This document shows positions 26,448 to 36,616 of a stretch of 64,000 nt of DNA, piece after piece (position 1 is the stretch's first letter; each line of letters opens with the position of its first letter). Source of the stretch: Planctomycetota bacterium. Its GTDB lineage: Bacteria > Planctomycetota > B15-G4. The position numbers were made by a program, and so were the translations under genes. A model generated the notes under the pieces. It was not told the origin of the DNA. It searched no databases and was given only the letters and a program-made list of their open reading frames with translations. The stretch is from contig CBDFJQ010000002.1 of assembly GCA_965248575.1 (NCBI GenBank), positions 3,872,001-3,936,000 on the forward strand, read 5' to 3'.

Positions 26448-27887
26448 TCAGACCTCCTGCTCCTTCCATTTGCCCCGACGGAAGGCCCAGAGCGAGAGGA
26501 CCGTGAGCAGGGCTTCGGAGATGACGACAGCCCAGAACACGCCGTCCGGCCCCCAGCCGCCTTGGTGCGAGAGCCACCACGCGAGGGGGATCTGGCACAT
26601 CCAGAAGCAGACCAGGTTGAGACGGGTCGGGGTTCCGGTGTCGCCCGCACCATTGAAGGCTTGCAGCAACACGAGGCCCCACGCGTAGAACACATAGCCG
26701 TAGCTGAGGGTGCGCAGCGCCTTGCTCCCGATGGCGAGCACGGCGGCGTCTGATGCCGCGTCCGTGTCGGAGAGGAACAGGCCCACGATCTGCTCCGCCC
26801 ACGAGATGAAGATCACGGCGACGGTCCCGAGGAAGATCATGTTGTAAAAGCCCGTGAGCCAGACAGCCCGTTCCGCGCGCTCAGGCTGTTGGGCGCCCAG
26901 GTTCTGGCCGACGAGAGTGGCCGCGGCGTTGCACAGACCCCAGGCGGGCATGAGGGCGAACATCACGACGCGGATGGCGATGGTCCAGCCTGCCGCGGCC
27001 GTGGCTCCGAACGCCGCGACGATGCCCATCAAGATGATCCAGCTGGAGGTCCCGATCAGGAACTGGCCGATGCCGCCTGCGGAGACCCGCAGCAGCTTCC
27101 ACATGGCTTGAGGGTGGAGCCGGAACTCAGGACCAGCGAGCTTCAGCAGCCCATCTCCTCGACGCAGCGCGCGAAACTGGTAGAGCACACCGGTGCCGCG
27201 GCCGATGGTCGTGGCGATGGCCGCACCGGTCAGCCCCAGCTCAGGGAAGGGTCCCAAGCCGAAGATGAGGCAGGGGTCGAGCACCAGGTTGATGCCGTTG
27301 GCAATCCACAGGCTGCGCATGGCGATGACCGCATCGCCGGCGCCGCGAAAGATGGCGTTGTTCAGGAACAGGAACAGGATGACGGCGTTGGTGGCCATCA
27401 TGACGGAGGTGTAGCCGCTTCCCATGGCAATCACCTCGGGGTCGGCCCGCATGAGTTCGAGGATGCGCGGGGCGAAGTAGGCGCCGGGAATCCCGATCAA
27501 TGCGGCGAGCAGTCCGCCCAAGGCCAGGGCTTGTGTGGCTGAGCGGATGGCACCGGGGTGGTCCCCTTCGCCGACCCGTCGGGCGACGGTCGCGGTGGTG
27601 GCCATGCTGAGACCGATGGCTACGGCGTAGACCAGGGTGATGACCGACTCGGTGATGCCCACCGTGGCCACGGCATGCGGGCCGAGGCGCCCGACGAAGA
27701 ACACGTCGGCCAGGGCGAAGACGGCCTCCATGGCCATCTCCAGCACCATCGGAATGGCCAGCAGGGTGATGGCGCGATTCAGGTTGCCGGAGGTGTAGTC
27801 GTGCTGATGACCGCGCAGCGAATCGCGCACGGACTCCCACCAGCTGGAAGGCTCGGCGGGCTCGGAAGCAGGAAGAGAAGAGGACAA
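26448..27887 (-). CDS. MATE family efflux transporter
   Basis: DYTSG.L.RAI.LLAIPMVLEM, FRGAGD, NLVLDPCLIFG, VGQNLGA and FNGAGDT; about 12 TM segments. The start is uncertain (TTG 27887 chosen). Confidence 0.92.
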   Translation of the reverse strand: MSSSLPASEPAEPSSWWESVRDSLRGHQHDYTSGNLNRAITLLAIPMVLEMAMEAVFALADVFFVGRLGPHAVATVGITESVITLVYAVAIGLSMATTATVARRVGEGDHPGAIRSATQALALGGLLAALIGIPGAYFAPRILELMRADPEVIAMGSGYTSVMMATNAVILFLFLNNAIFRGAGDAVIAMRSLWIANGINLVLDPCLIFGLGPFPELGLTGAAIATTIGRGTGVLYQFRALRRGDGLLKLAGPEFRLHPQAMWKLLRVSAGGIGQFLIGTSSWIILMGIVAAFGATAAAGWTIAIRVVMFALMPAWGLCNAAATLVGQNLGAQQPERAERAVWLTGFYNMIFLGTVAVIFISWAEQIVGLFLSDTDAASDAAVLAIGSKALRTLSYGYVFYAWGLVLLQAFNGAGDTGTPTRLNLVCFWMCQIPLAWWLSHQGGWGPDGVFWAVVISEALLTVLSLWAFRRGKWKEQEV

Positions 27888-28068
27888 GGGTGATCTCGTG
27901 TGGTGTGACTCGCGGCCCAAGAGGCCTTCATTCCGGAGTGCCGCCTGGGTGAGCGGACCATCTGCAAGCAGATGGGCCGGGCCCTGGGGTGCGACCCGTG
28001 CTTTGACGGGGGGCACTCATGCCGACGGGACCGAGCAAGCCGATGGGGGTCGGCCGCGCGGCAGCTGC

Positions 28069-28113
28069 TCAGAGAGCGGCGGTGCCAGCGAGAAGAGTCA
28101 GTGGGAAGTTCAT
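28069..28113 (-). CDS. Putative 14-aa leader peptide (MNFPLTLLAGTAAL) upstream of the MATE gene
   Basis: ATG at 28113 and TGA at 28071-28069, preceded by AAGGA and followed by hairpins. Confidence 0.4.
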   Translation of the reverse strand: MNFPLTLLAGTAAL

Positions 28114-28263
28114 GAGATCGTGGTCCTTGGGTCAAGCGAAGGCGGAGCCTAACACTCCCTGCTGAGCGGTCCAGTCGGTTTTGCGGGAGCCGCAGAGCGT
28201 CGGGGCCGTGACGAACGTATTCTGTTCGCCATGAGCCCACCTCCGCCTGTGTTCACCGCTCCT

Positions 28264-29247
28264 ATGACGAAACCAGTGCGTCACCTGCTGCGACGCTGGG
28301 TGTCGGTCAGTTTCGTGCTCCTCTGCGCACTGCTCCCTGCGAGCCCGGCCCAGGCCCAGGAGCAAGAACAGCAGCAGTTCGCGCTGCAAGTGAACCAGGT
28401 GCGGCCCCACGTCCATGTCTTGAGTGGTGGGCCCGACGGCAACGTGCTCGTGCTGGTCCAGGAGGGTGCTGCCCTGTTGGTGGACGGCCAGGCCGTCGAC
28501 AAGCTGTCGGCCGTGTTGTCCGCGCTGAGCACCGTCACCGATGTGCCTGTGCGTTACGTCGTCAACACGCACTACCACCCCGACCACGTGGGGGCCAACG
28601 CGACCTTCGCCGAGCGGGGCGCCACCCTGATCAGCCACCGCGCCTGTCGAGAGGAGATGGGTCGGCGCAGCGAAGTGGCCGCCTTGGGTTGGACGATCGA
28701 GGCGGCACCGCCCGAAGCCTTGCCGCAGTTGACCTACGAGGGGCGCTTGCGGCTGCGCCTGGGTGAAGAGGTCGTGGACCTGCACCACATGCCGGCCGCG
28801 CACACCGCTGGCGACACGGTCGTGCATCTCAAGACTGCCAACGTCATCCACACCGGGGACCTGTTTGAGGTGGGGGGGTATCCCTTCCTGGACATCTGGC
28901 ACGGCGGCAGCTTGCCGGGCCTGGTGTCGGCCATGGATCGCTTGTTGGAACTCTCCGACGAAGAGACGCGCTTCGTGCCGGGCCACGGCCCCATCTCAAG
29001 CCGCGCAGATGTCGTCGCGTATCGGGAGATGTTGGCCGGGGCGCTCTTACGTGTGCAGGGCGCGATCGATGCCGGTCAGCACGCGCAGGACTTCCTGGCG
29101 TCCCGGCCCGAAGTCGATTTTGATTACCGCTGGGGCAGCCCAAAGGGAGCGCTACGCCTACTGACCTACGCCTTCATCGACCTGGCGCCGGAAGACTTGG
29201 TGCGCACGCGCGGAGAGAGTCAGGGCGGAGGCACGCAGCAGCGATGA
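28264..29247 (+). CDS. Exported MBL-fold metallo-hydrolase (cyclase-like)
   Basis: Signal peptide; NTHYHPDHVG, AHTAGD, HTGD and VPGHG. Confidence 0.9.
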   Translation: MTKPVRHLLRRWVSVSFVLLCALLPASPAQAQEQEQQQFALQVNQVRPHVHVLSGGPDGNVLVLVQEGAALLVDGQAVDKLSAVLSALSTVTDVPVRYVVNTHYHPDHVGANATFAERGATLISHRACREEMGRRSEVAALGWTIEAAPPEALPQLTYEGRLRLRLGEEVVDLHHMPAAHTAGDTVVHLKTANVIHTGDLFEVGGYPFLDIWHGGSLPGLVSAMDRLLELSDEETRFVPGHGPISSRADVVAYREMLAGALLRVQGAIDAGQHAQDFLASRPEVDFDYRWGSPKGALRLLTYAFIDLAPEDLVRTRGESQGGGTQQR

Positions 29248-30920
29248 ACGCCGGGATCGGAGCGCCGCCGACCTATCGCAAGGCACGGCTGCTCTTTCGT
29301 CGTGGATTGGCCGTTGTGGCTGCCGTGGCCGTGGGGTCCTTCTGGCTGCAGATGGATGGTCTCGTGGGCAGTCAGGGGATCTCTCCGGCGGCCGAGACTC
29401 AGTCCGCCTTCGAGGCGGGGCCGTGGGGTGCGGATTGGACGTGGCGGCCGACCCTGCTGTGGTTGGCCAGCTCCGACGTCATGTTGCACGGCCTGTGTGC
29501 GGCGGGCCTGGCGCTGGCGGCCCTCCTGTTCCTGGATGTCGCCCCCGCCCTGTGCGCGTTAGGCCTGTGGGTCGTGTATCTCTCGCTCTGCTGGGCGGGC
29601 GGAGTGTTCATGAACTTCCAGTGGGACATCCTGCTGGTGGAGGTCCTGCTGCTCGCCAGCCTGTGGCTCCCTTGGCGACTCAGGCGCGAGAAGCGCGAGC
29701 AGGGAGCGGATGGAGCTGGTGACCCCGAGTGGCCCGCGGCGCGCTGGATGCTGTGGTTCCTGTTGTTGCGCTTCATGTTCGAGTCGGGGGTGGTGAAGCT
29801 CACCTCGGGCGACCCGACGTGGGCGGACCGAACAGCCATGTCGTTCCACTACATGACCCAGCCGCTTCCGCATGGGTTGAGTTGGGCGGCCCACAACATG
29901 CCGCTCTGGATTCACAGGATCTCCGCCCAGGGCATGTTCTTCGTCGAGCTGGTGATGCCCTGGTGTGTCTTCCTGCCATGGGTGCTGGCCCGGATCCCTC
30001 GGTTCAAGCCGTGGGTCGTGCTGCTGCCCCGGCGGGCTGCCTTCGTGTGCTTCGTCGCGCTGCAAGTGGCGATCGGTTCGACGGGCAACTACGGCTTCTT
30101 CGGCCTGCTCACCTGCGTGTTGTGTCTGCCCCTGTTGGATGACCGGGTGCTTCGCGCAGCATCACCCAGCCAGCCGGCGCGAGCGCATTGGCTGCGGCAG
30201 GTCTTGAGCGTGATGCTCTGTGTTCCCTTGCTCGGCTTGGGCACCTCCCAGCTGCTGGACCTGGACCCGGATCGGGCGGCCTCGCGCTCGATGGTGACGA
30301 GCGAGCATGTCGAGCAGGGGCTGTGGCAAACCCTCGATCGGCACGGCCCGCTAGCAGCCATTCGACTCGCGGAGCTGCGCGCACAGCCCTGGCTCAGCGT
30401 GAACGCCTACGGCTTGTTCCGGGTCATGACGACCCGGCGTCCTGACATCCGCATTCAGTACAGCGACGATGGCGAACGCTGGATCGACGTCGACTTCCAC
30501 TGGCAGGTGGACGATGTGGGCGAGCGGCCCGGCTGGGTTCAACCCCATATGCCGCGCCTCGACTGGCAGCTCTGGTTCGAAGCCTTGCGTTGGGAGGCCC
30601 ACGCGTATCCGCCACGTCCCTATCAGCCGAGCGCCTGGTTCGGGCGATTCCTGGAGAAGCTGCTGGCCGGGGAGCCCTCGGTTTGGGGTCTGCTGGCCGA
30701 AGCTCCTCCGCTCGGATCGACCCCGCATGGGGTGCGAGCCACGCTGGTGGACGACCGCTTCAGCACCCGCGAAGAGCGCGAGATCGAACCCTCGATCTGG
30801 GTGCGGCAGCGCATCTATCCCAGCTGGATTCGCTTGGAGAGGCAGCTCGAGGGCACCGATCAGAACGGCACCGATCAGGGCGCAGGCGAGGATCTGGGCG
30901 CTGACGCGCAGCGGCGCTGA
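29244..30920 (+). CDS. Lipase maturation factor (LMF1) family membrane protein
   Basis: FMNFQWDILL, RFMFESGVVKL..GDPTW, HY.TQPLP, TGNYGFF, YGLFRVMT and PHMPRLDWQLWF; ATGA overlap with the upstream gene. Confidence 0.9.
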   Translation: MNAGIGAPPTYRKARLLFRRGLAVVAAVAVGSFWLQMDGLVGSQGISPAAETQSAFEAGPWGADWTWRPTLLWLASSDVMLHGLCAAGLALAALLFLDVAPALCALGLWVVYLSLCWAGGVFMNFQWDILLVEVLLLASLWLPWRLRREKREQGADGAGDPEWPAARWMLWFLLLRFMFESGVVKLTSGDPTWADRTAMSFHYMTQPLPHGLSWAAHNMPLWIHRISAQGMFFVELVMPWCVFLPWVLARIPRFKPWVVLLPRRAAFVCFVALQVAIGSTGNYGFFGLLTCVLCLPLLDDRVLRAASPSQPARAHWLRQVLSVMLCVPLLGLGTSQLLDLDPDRAASRSMVTSEHVEQGLWQTLDRHGPLAAIRLAELRAQPWLSVNAYGLFRVMTTRRPDIRIQYSDDGERWIDVDFHWQVDDVGERPGWVQPHMPRLDWQLWFEALRWEAHAYPPRPYQPSAWFGRFLEKLLAGEPSVWGLLAEAPPLGSTPHGVRATLVDDRFSTREEREIEPSIWVRQRIYPSWIRLERQLEGTDQNGTDQGAGEDLGADAQRR

Positions 30921-31121
30921 AGCACAGCCCGGTGCTCGGGGTGGTGCCACCAAGCACCGGGGCTGTCTTGAGGCTTCTCGCAATGACGTTGCGCAGGGAA
31001 CTAGCACAGCCTCCTGGGGCAGTGACATCGATCTTTGGACATGCCTGCCAGAGAGTCGTGGCAGGAACATGACGGACTGCCCAGCGCGTCGGTAGCATGG
31101 TCAGCCCACATGAGGGGTCTC

Positions 31122-32501
31122 ATGCCGATTCAATCCATCAATCCCGCAGACGGTTCGGTGTTGCGCGAGTGGGCTGAAGCCTCCGATGCCGATCTGGATC
31201 GGACGCTCGCAGCCGCGTCTCGAGCCCAGGAGTTCTGGGGGACGTTGCCGTTCGAGGAGCGGGCGTTACCCATGCAGTCGATGGCCGGGCTCCTGGAAGA
31301 CCGGGTGGATGACCTGGCGCGACTCATGGCCCGGGAGATGGGCAAGCCCGTCCCGCAGGGGCGAGCCGAGGTGGATAAATGTGCTTGGGTTTGTCGCTGG
31401 GCCGCGGAGCAGGCGGCCGTGCACCTCGCAGACGAGGTGATCGAGGTCGAGCAGGGGCAGGCGCTCTTGAGCTACCGCCCCTTGGGCCTGGTCCTTGCGG
31501 TCATGCCCTGGAACTTTCCTCTTTGGCAGGTGGTGCGCTGCCTGGCGCCGGTGCTCATGGCGGGCAATGGCTTGTTGTTGAAGCACGCGCCCAACGTCCA
31601 GGGCTGCGCAGAGGCCATCGTAGCCATCGCACAGGAGGCCGGTATTCCCGATGGCCTGTTCGCGAACCTGCTCATCGATGAGCACCGCGTGGGACGGCTG
31701 GTCGCACGCCCAGAGGTTGCGGCGGTGACGCTCACGGGATCCACCCGCGCCGGCTCTGTCGTGGCGGCTGCAGCGGGGGATGCCCTCAAGAGATGTGTGC
31801 TCGAGCTCGGTGGCAGTGACCCCTACCTGGTGCTGGAGGACGCCGACGTCCTGCATGCCGTGAAGTGCTGCGTGGATTCCCGACTCCAGAACACGGGGCA
31901 GAGCTGCATCGCAGCCAAGCGTTTTCTCGTCGTGGATGCCGTGCGCGAGGTGTTCACGGAGAGACTCACGTCCCTCATGGCCGCCAAGCGCTGGGGTGAC
32001 CCGCTGGGGGAGGCCGCCGTGGACATGGGCCCGTTGGCCCGGCGGGATCTGCGCGACACACTGCATGAACAGGTGAGGCGCAGCGTCTTGTCCGGGGCGC
32101 GCCTGCTCCTGGGGGGAGAGCTGCCCGAGGGCTCTGGGGCGTATTATCCGCCGACCGTCCTGACAGATGTGCAGCCCGGCATGCCGGCTTTCGACGAAGA
32201 GACGTTCGGGCCGGTGGCAGCCATCGTTCCAGTGTCCGATGAGCGCGAGGCCGTGCAGCTGGCGAACGCGACGCCATACGGGCTGGGTGCTGCGGTCTTC
32301 ACCGCAGATGAGGCGCGCGGGCAGCGTCTTGCCATGGACGAACTGCAGGCCGGGAATGTGGCAGTCAACAGCATGGTGATCTCTGACCCGCGCCTGCCCT
32401 TCGGCGGCATCAAGGCCAGCGGCTTTGGTCGGGAATTGGGGGAGCTGGGTTTCCGGGAATTCACCAACCCGAAGAGCCTGCGCTTACCCGCCGGTAGCTG
32501 A
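31122..32501 (+). CDS. NAD(P)-dependent aldehyde dehydrogenase, succinate-semialdehyde dehydrogenase (Sad/GabD1)-like
   Basis: SINPA, VMPWNFP, TLTGS, LELGGSDP, NTGQSCIAAKR, EETFGP and PFGGIKASG. Confidence 0.9.
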   Translation: MPIQSINPADGSVLREWAEASDADLDRTLAAASRAQEFWGTLPFEERALPMQSMAGLLEDRVDDLARLMAREMGKPVPQGRAEVDKCAWVCRWAAEQAAVHLADEVIEVEQGQALLSYRPLGLVLAVMPWNFPLWQVVRCLAPVLMAGNGLLLKHAPNVQGCAEAIVAIAQEAGIPDGLFANLLIDEHRVGRLVARPEVAAVTLTGSTRAGSVVAAAAGDALKRCVLELGGSDPYLVLEDADVLHAVKCCVDSRLQNTGQSCIAAKRFLVVDAVREVFTERLTSLMAAKRWGDPLGEAAVDMGPLARRDLRDTLHEQVRRSVLSGARLLLGGELPEGSGAYYPPTVLTDVQPGMPAFDEETFGPVAAIVPVSDEREAVQLANATPYGLGAAVFTADEARGQRLAMDELQAGNVAVNSMVISDPRLPFGGIKASGFGRELGELGFREFTNPKSLRLPAGS

Positions 32502-32685
32502 CGCTTCTGTCATCGAGGTCTGCTGAGCACAGCCGAAAGAGCTGTTCTAGCGACGGTGGCCTTCACTCCAGAACGCTGCGTCGCGACCGACTCGACGACG
32601 CGCGCCGTCGACCCGCGCTGGTGGCGAAACCGTCATGGCTCCTGGGTTCCGTTCCACACGAAAGTAGGTGTGTTGAGCGCCCGCG

Positions 32686-32730
32686 GTTGTAGGTGACGGC
32701 ACCGTCACCTGTCCTCACGTCAGTTGTAGG
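32686..32730. promoter_or_regulatory. Palindrome and direct repeats upstream of the five-gene operon
   Basis: Perfect AGGTGACGG-CA-CCGTCACCT (32691-32710); GTTGTAGG at 32686 and 32723. Confidence 0.4.
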
Positions 32731-32797
32731 CGCCAGCATTCGTATGAGTGTTCTCCTTGCGCAGATGTCTGCGCTCATGACACCGAGACGTGACGCC

Positions 32798-33475
32798 ATG
32801 TATCCAACCTCCCGCCGGATCGCCGAGACGCCTTGCAGCCTTCTGTGGGCCGCATCGTCCCAGGCGTCACGACAGCGCCTCGAGTCCTGCGTGGCCCGAG
32901 TCTATGCCTCAAGCTACGACGCAAGAATCAGCCACTTCCACGACCTGCTGCTCGGTGCAACCAATGCACAGGGTGAGTTGCTCGGAGTGATCGGCGCGAC
33001 GGCCGCCAAGAGCGCGGAGCTGTTCCTGGAATCGTACATGCGGGAGCCGGTGGAGATGGTCCTGGCTCATCGCACGGGTCGATCGGTTCAGCGGGGCGAC
33101 ATCTTCGAGGTGGGCAACCTGGCCGCCGAGCGCGCCGGGGCGGCACGCGGGCTGGTGACGAGCCTTGCCGAAAACCTCCGCGAGCGAGGCACCCGCTGGG
33201 TGGTCCTCACCGGGACCACTCGCGTCCGTCACATCCTGCGCAAGCTGGGCGCGAAGCTGGTGGACCTTGGCCCTGCCGAGGGATCTGACCTGGGGGCGGC
33301 GCAGGGCGAGTGGGGCCGTTATTACGAGCATGACCCGCGCATCGTCGCCGTGGAGCTGGCTCCCTTCTGTGCCAGCTTCGAGCGGGACACGCCCCTGTCG
33401 CAGCGGTTGCGAAGCCTGTGGACCCGGGCGCGGCTCGGGTGGTCGACTGCTCTGCCCATCGAGCGACCGGCATGA
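32798..33475 (+). CDS. 'Thermostable hemolysin' (delta-VPH) family protein, GNAT-like fold
   Basis: VY..SYDARI, LFLESY...PVE, R.DIFEVGNLAA, WVVLTGT and WG.YYEHDP match my recollection of this family. The start is uncertain. Confidence 0.75.
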   Translation: MYPTSRRIAETPCSLLWAASSQASRQRLESCVARVYASSYDARISHFHDLLLGATNAQGELLGVIGATAAKSAELFLESYMREPVEMVLAHRTGRSVQRGDIFEVGNLAAERAGAARGLVTSLAENLRERGTRWVVLTGTTRVRHILRKLGAKLVDLGPAEGSDLGAAQGEWGRYYEHDPRIVAVELAPFCASFERDTPLSQRLRSLWTRARLGWSTALPIERPA

Positions 33476-35010
33476 AGGGTTTCTGGGACTCTTTGCGTTT
33501 CCAGCCGGAAGAGCATCTGGCCTTGGTCGATGCTCGCGGACGGTCGCTGACCTACGGCGCCCTCCGGGAGCAGCTGGAGCGAGCCTCGGCGCAGTTCAGC
33601 GAGCGCGGTGTGCAGCGGGTTTGCTGCTTCCTGCCCAACAGCATCGCCACCGTCGTGCAACTGCTGGGAGCCTTGGACGCCGGTGTGACTCTGATCCCCG
33701 TGGCGCCCTTCGCCTCCTCGGAGCAGATGGCTCACGTCCTGGCGACCTGCGTCCCCGATTGCATCTTGACGGTGCGGGATGCTCCGGAGGCTGTGACCAG
33801 CTACGCGCGGGGAGCGGATTGCCAGGAGCTTCCCTTCCCCACGGGACTGCTCGGCACAGAGGGCATGCTCTGGCTCTCCAAGCAGACGCCCGCGGGCGGC
33901 TTGGGATCACAGCTGGCCGGCGATGATGCACCCGCGCTGGTGACCTTCACCTCCGGGTCCACGGGCAGACCCAAGGGCGCTTGTCTGGACGCTCGAACGC
34001 TGGACGCGACATCGGCAGCCCTGCAGGGCGCGACGGCCATGAACGGCAGCGACCGTCACCTCTGCCTGCACCCCTTTGCGGTCCTGCTGGAACTGGTGGG
34101 AGGCTTGCTGCGGCCGCTGCGCGCTGGTGCCCAGGTGCACTTGCCCGAGCTGGAGCCGGGACTGGTTTGTTGTTCCGAGGGTCCCGCCATCGTTAGAGGC
34201 CTAGCCATGGCCCGTGCCACGTCCGCCATCCTGGTTCCGGAGATGCTGGGCGAACTGGTGCGGGTTCTGGAGTCGGCGGAGCCTGGCGAGCTTACGGCCG
34301 CTACGCGCGCGCTGCGTTTCGTGGGCGTCGGTGGTGCCGTTCTGCCCGGACCCCTGCTGCGAAGGAGCGAGGCCCTGGGGCTGTCGGTTTTTCAGGGCTA
34401 TGGGGCGACCGAATGTGGTTCGGTCATCGCCCTCAATGGGCCCGGCGCCAATCGCGTGGGAAGCGTGGGCCGCCCGCTGCCGCACCTGGACGTCTCGATT
34501 GCCGAGGACGGCGAAGTGCTCGTGGGTGGACACCTGTTTCGCGGGTACGTGGGAGATGCGTGCCACCAGCACGGCAGATCGGGCGAGGTCACGCCCTGGC
34601 ACACGGGCGACCTGGGTTTCCTGGACGACCAGGGCTTCCTGCATCTGCGTGGTCGGAAGAGCAACGTCTTCTCGACGCCGTTGGGGCGCAACGTCTCAGC
34701 GGAGTGGTTGGAGTCGCGCTTACTTGCACTCCCAGCGGTCCAGCAGGCGGTGGTCTTCGGCGAGGGTTTCCCTGCGCCGGTGGCGGTCCTCAGCCTGTGG
34801 CCGGAGGGGGCCGAAGACATCGCGACCCAAGTCCACGAACTGAATGAATCCCTGCCGTCCTATGCACGGCTGCATCGCTTCCACGTGAGCCCTGTGCCGC
34901 TCTCGGTCGAGCAAGGCCTGTGGTGTGCCACGGGCCGGCCCAAGCGAGCAGCCATCTTTCAGGCCTTCGAACCCTTCCTACGTTTCTCAGAAGCTCCGGT
35001 GTGCCCGTAG
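33472..35010 (+). CDS. AMP-binding (adenylate-forming) enzyme, acyl-CoA synthetase-like
   Basis: TFTSGSTGRPKG, QGYGATEC, WHTGDLG, GRK and TGRPKR; ATGA overlap. Confidence 0.9.
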   Translation: MKGFWDSLRFQPEEHLALVDARGRSLTYGALREQLERASAQFSERGVQRVCCFLPNSIATVVQLLGALDAGVTLIPVAPFASSEQMAHVLATCVPDCILTVRDAPEAVTSYARGADCQELPFPTGLLGTEGMLWLSKQTPAGGLGSQLAGDDAPALVTFTSGSTGRPKGACLDARTLDATSAALQGATAMNGSDRHLCLHPFAVLLELVGGLLRPLRAGAQVHLPELEPGLVCCSEGPAIVRGLAMARATSAILVPEMLGELVRVLESAEPGELTAATRALRFVGVGGAVLPGPLLRRSEALGLSVFQGYGATECGSVIALNGPGANRVGSVGRPLPHLDVSIAEDGEVLVGGHLFRGYVGDACHQHGRSGEVTPWHTGDLGFLDDQGFLHLRGRKSNVFSTPLGRNVSAEWLESRLLALPAVQQAVVFGEGFPAPVAVLSLWPEGAEDIATQVHELNESLPSYARLHRFHVSPVPLSVEQGLWCATGRPKRAAIFQAFEPFLRFSEAPVCP

Positions 35011-35039
35011 TCACTTCCCCTCCCCTTCCGGTTGTCCTC

Positions 35040-35729
35040 ATGTTGTCTCCCGTCTCCACCCTGTCCCGCCTGGATCACCTGCGCCTCAACACGCGCAAAG
35101 AGCAGGACGCGTTGCTCCAGATACCCTTCGTCAGAGCCGCTGTGGCCGGCGAGCTGAGCCTGGGCGAGTACGTCGCCTTCCTGGGCCAGGCCTATCATCA
35201 CGTGAAGCACACGGTGCCGTTGCTCATGGCCTCGGGTGCGGCGCTTGGGTCGGAGCGCCCGCAGTTGCAATCAGCCTTCGTCCACTACGTGGAGGAGGAA
35301 CGCGGCCATGAGCAGTGGATCCTGAACGACATCGAAGCCTGCGGTGGCGATGCGCAGGCCGTGTGCGAGGCAGAGCCAGGTGATGCCTGCGAGTTGCTGG
35401 TGTCCTACGCCTATGACGTCATCCGGCGCCGGGGGCCTGTGGCCTTCCTCGGCATGGTGCATGTGCTTGAGGGCACCAGCGTGCTGGCCGCGAGCCAGGC
35501 AGCTGCAGCTCTCGAAAAGTCCCTGCAGTTGCCGGACAGCGCCTTCACCTACCTCTCAAGCCACGGGTCCCTCGACCTGGATCACGTGGACTTCTTTGGT
35601 GGCGTGCTCGACCTCTTGGAGCTGGACGAGATGGCGCTCGTGTCCGACAGGGCGCGGCTCTTCTACGGCTTGTACGGAGATGTGCTGCGCTCGCTGTCAC
35701 CTACTGAACCCTGGGAGAGTGAAGGATGA
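35040..35729 (+). CDS. Heme-oxygenase-like/TenA-fold iron-containing redox enzyme (putative diiron oxidase)
   Basis: FL.QAYHHVKHTVPL, EEERGHE.WI..DI, MVHVLEG and YL.SHGSLD.DH. Confidence 0.82.
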   Translation: MLSPVSTLSRLDHLRLNTRKEQDALLQIPFVRAAVAGELSLGEYVAFLGQAYHHVKHTVPLLMASGAALGSERPQLQSAFVHYVEEERGHEQWILNDIEACGGDAQAVCEAEPGDACELLVSYAYDVIRRRGPVAFLGMVHVLEGTSVLAASQAAAALEKSLQLPDSAFTYLSSHGSLDLDHVDFFGGVLDLLELDEMALVSDRARLFYGLYGDVLRSLSPTEPWESEG

Positions 35730-36616
35730 AGAACCGCCGCATCATGATCACGGGGGCAAGCCACGGCATCGGGCGTCAGACTGCCCTGCAGTTGGCGGCC
35801 CAAGGAGCCTGCGTTGTGCTCGTCGCCCGTTCGGCGGATGCTTTGGAGCAGCTCGCCGACGAGATCGTCCAGGCCGGGGGCACGGGTTACGCCTTGCCGG
35901 CCGATTTGACGGATGCGAGAGAACGGGCCTATCTCATCCGCGAGGCCGTGCGTTGGATGGGGGGCTTGGACACCCTGGTCAACGTAGCGGGCAGCTCCCC
36001 TTTCGGGCCCTTCGAGGCCGAGACGGCCGAGAGCCTGGAGCGCCTTGTGAGTTTGAACGTGTTGGCACCGATGGAGCTGAGTCGAGCGGCCGTGGAGCAC
36101 TTCAAGGAACAAGGGCGGGGGCAGTTGGTCCAGGTCGGTTCCATCTTCGGGTCTGTTGGGTTCCCGCATTTCGCGGCCTATTCGGCGACGAAGTTCGCCA
36201 TGCGTGGTTTTAGTGAAGCGCTGCGCCGCGAGTTGGCAGGCACCGGTGTGGACGTCACCTATGTCGCGCCCCGGGCCACGGACACCCGACAAACGGGTGC
36301 CTATGCCGACATGGTGGAGGCGACCAAGATGCATCTCGACACACCCGAGTACGTGGCGACACGCATCGTCGAGGCCATCCAGCGCTCGGCGAAGGATGTC
36401 TACATCGGGAAGCCTGAATCGATCTTCGTCAAGCTGAACGCGCGTTGGCCGCGTCTGGTCGACCGACTCATGGCCAAGCAGACTCAGCAGGCCCGCCCGT
36501 TCGCCGAGGCCGCCGTCCTGCGCCGCGCCAAGCAGCTCGAACACCCATCCTCGACAGCGGCGGAGTCAGTCGCTGTAGCTCCCCCTCTCGGAAAGACGGA
36601 AACATGTCCCTCATGA
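35726..36616 (+). CDS. SDR family oxidoreductase
   Basis: TGASHGIG, YSATKFAMRGFSEALRRE and YVAPRAT.T; ATGA overlap. Confidence 0.9.
   Translation: MKNRRIMITGASHGIGRQTALQLAAQGACVVLVARSADALEQLADEIVQAGGTGYALPADLTDARERAYLIREAVRWMGGLDTLVNVAGSSPFGPFEAETAESLERLVSLNVLAPMELSRAAVEHFKEQGRGQLVQVGSIFGSVGFPHFAAYSATKFAMRGFSEALRRELAGTGVDVTYVAPRATDTRQTGAYADMVEATKMHLDTPEYVATRIVEAIQRSAKDVYIGKPESIFVKLNARWPRLVDRLMAKQTQQARPFAEAAVLRRAKQLEHPSSTAAESVAVAPPLGKTETCPS

Noticed and set aside
30925..30967. Long hairpin after the LMF1 gene as a REP/MITE or terminator
   Set aside because: I saw a single copy and no U-tract, so no function can be assigned.
32798..33475. Literal hemolysin/toxin function
   Set aside because: No signal peptide, and the gene is coupled to biosynthetic enzymes; the family name is probably misleading.
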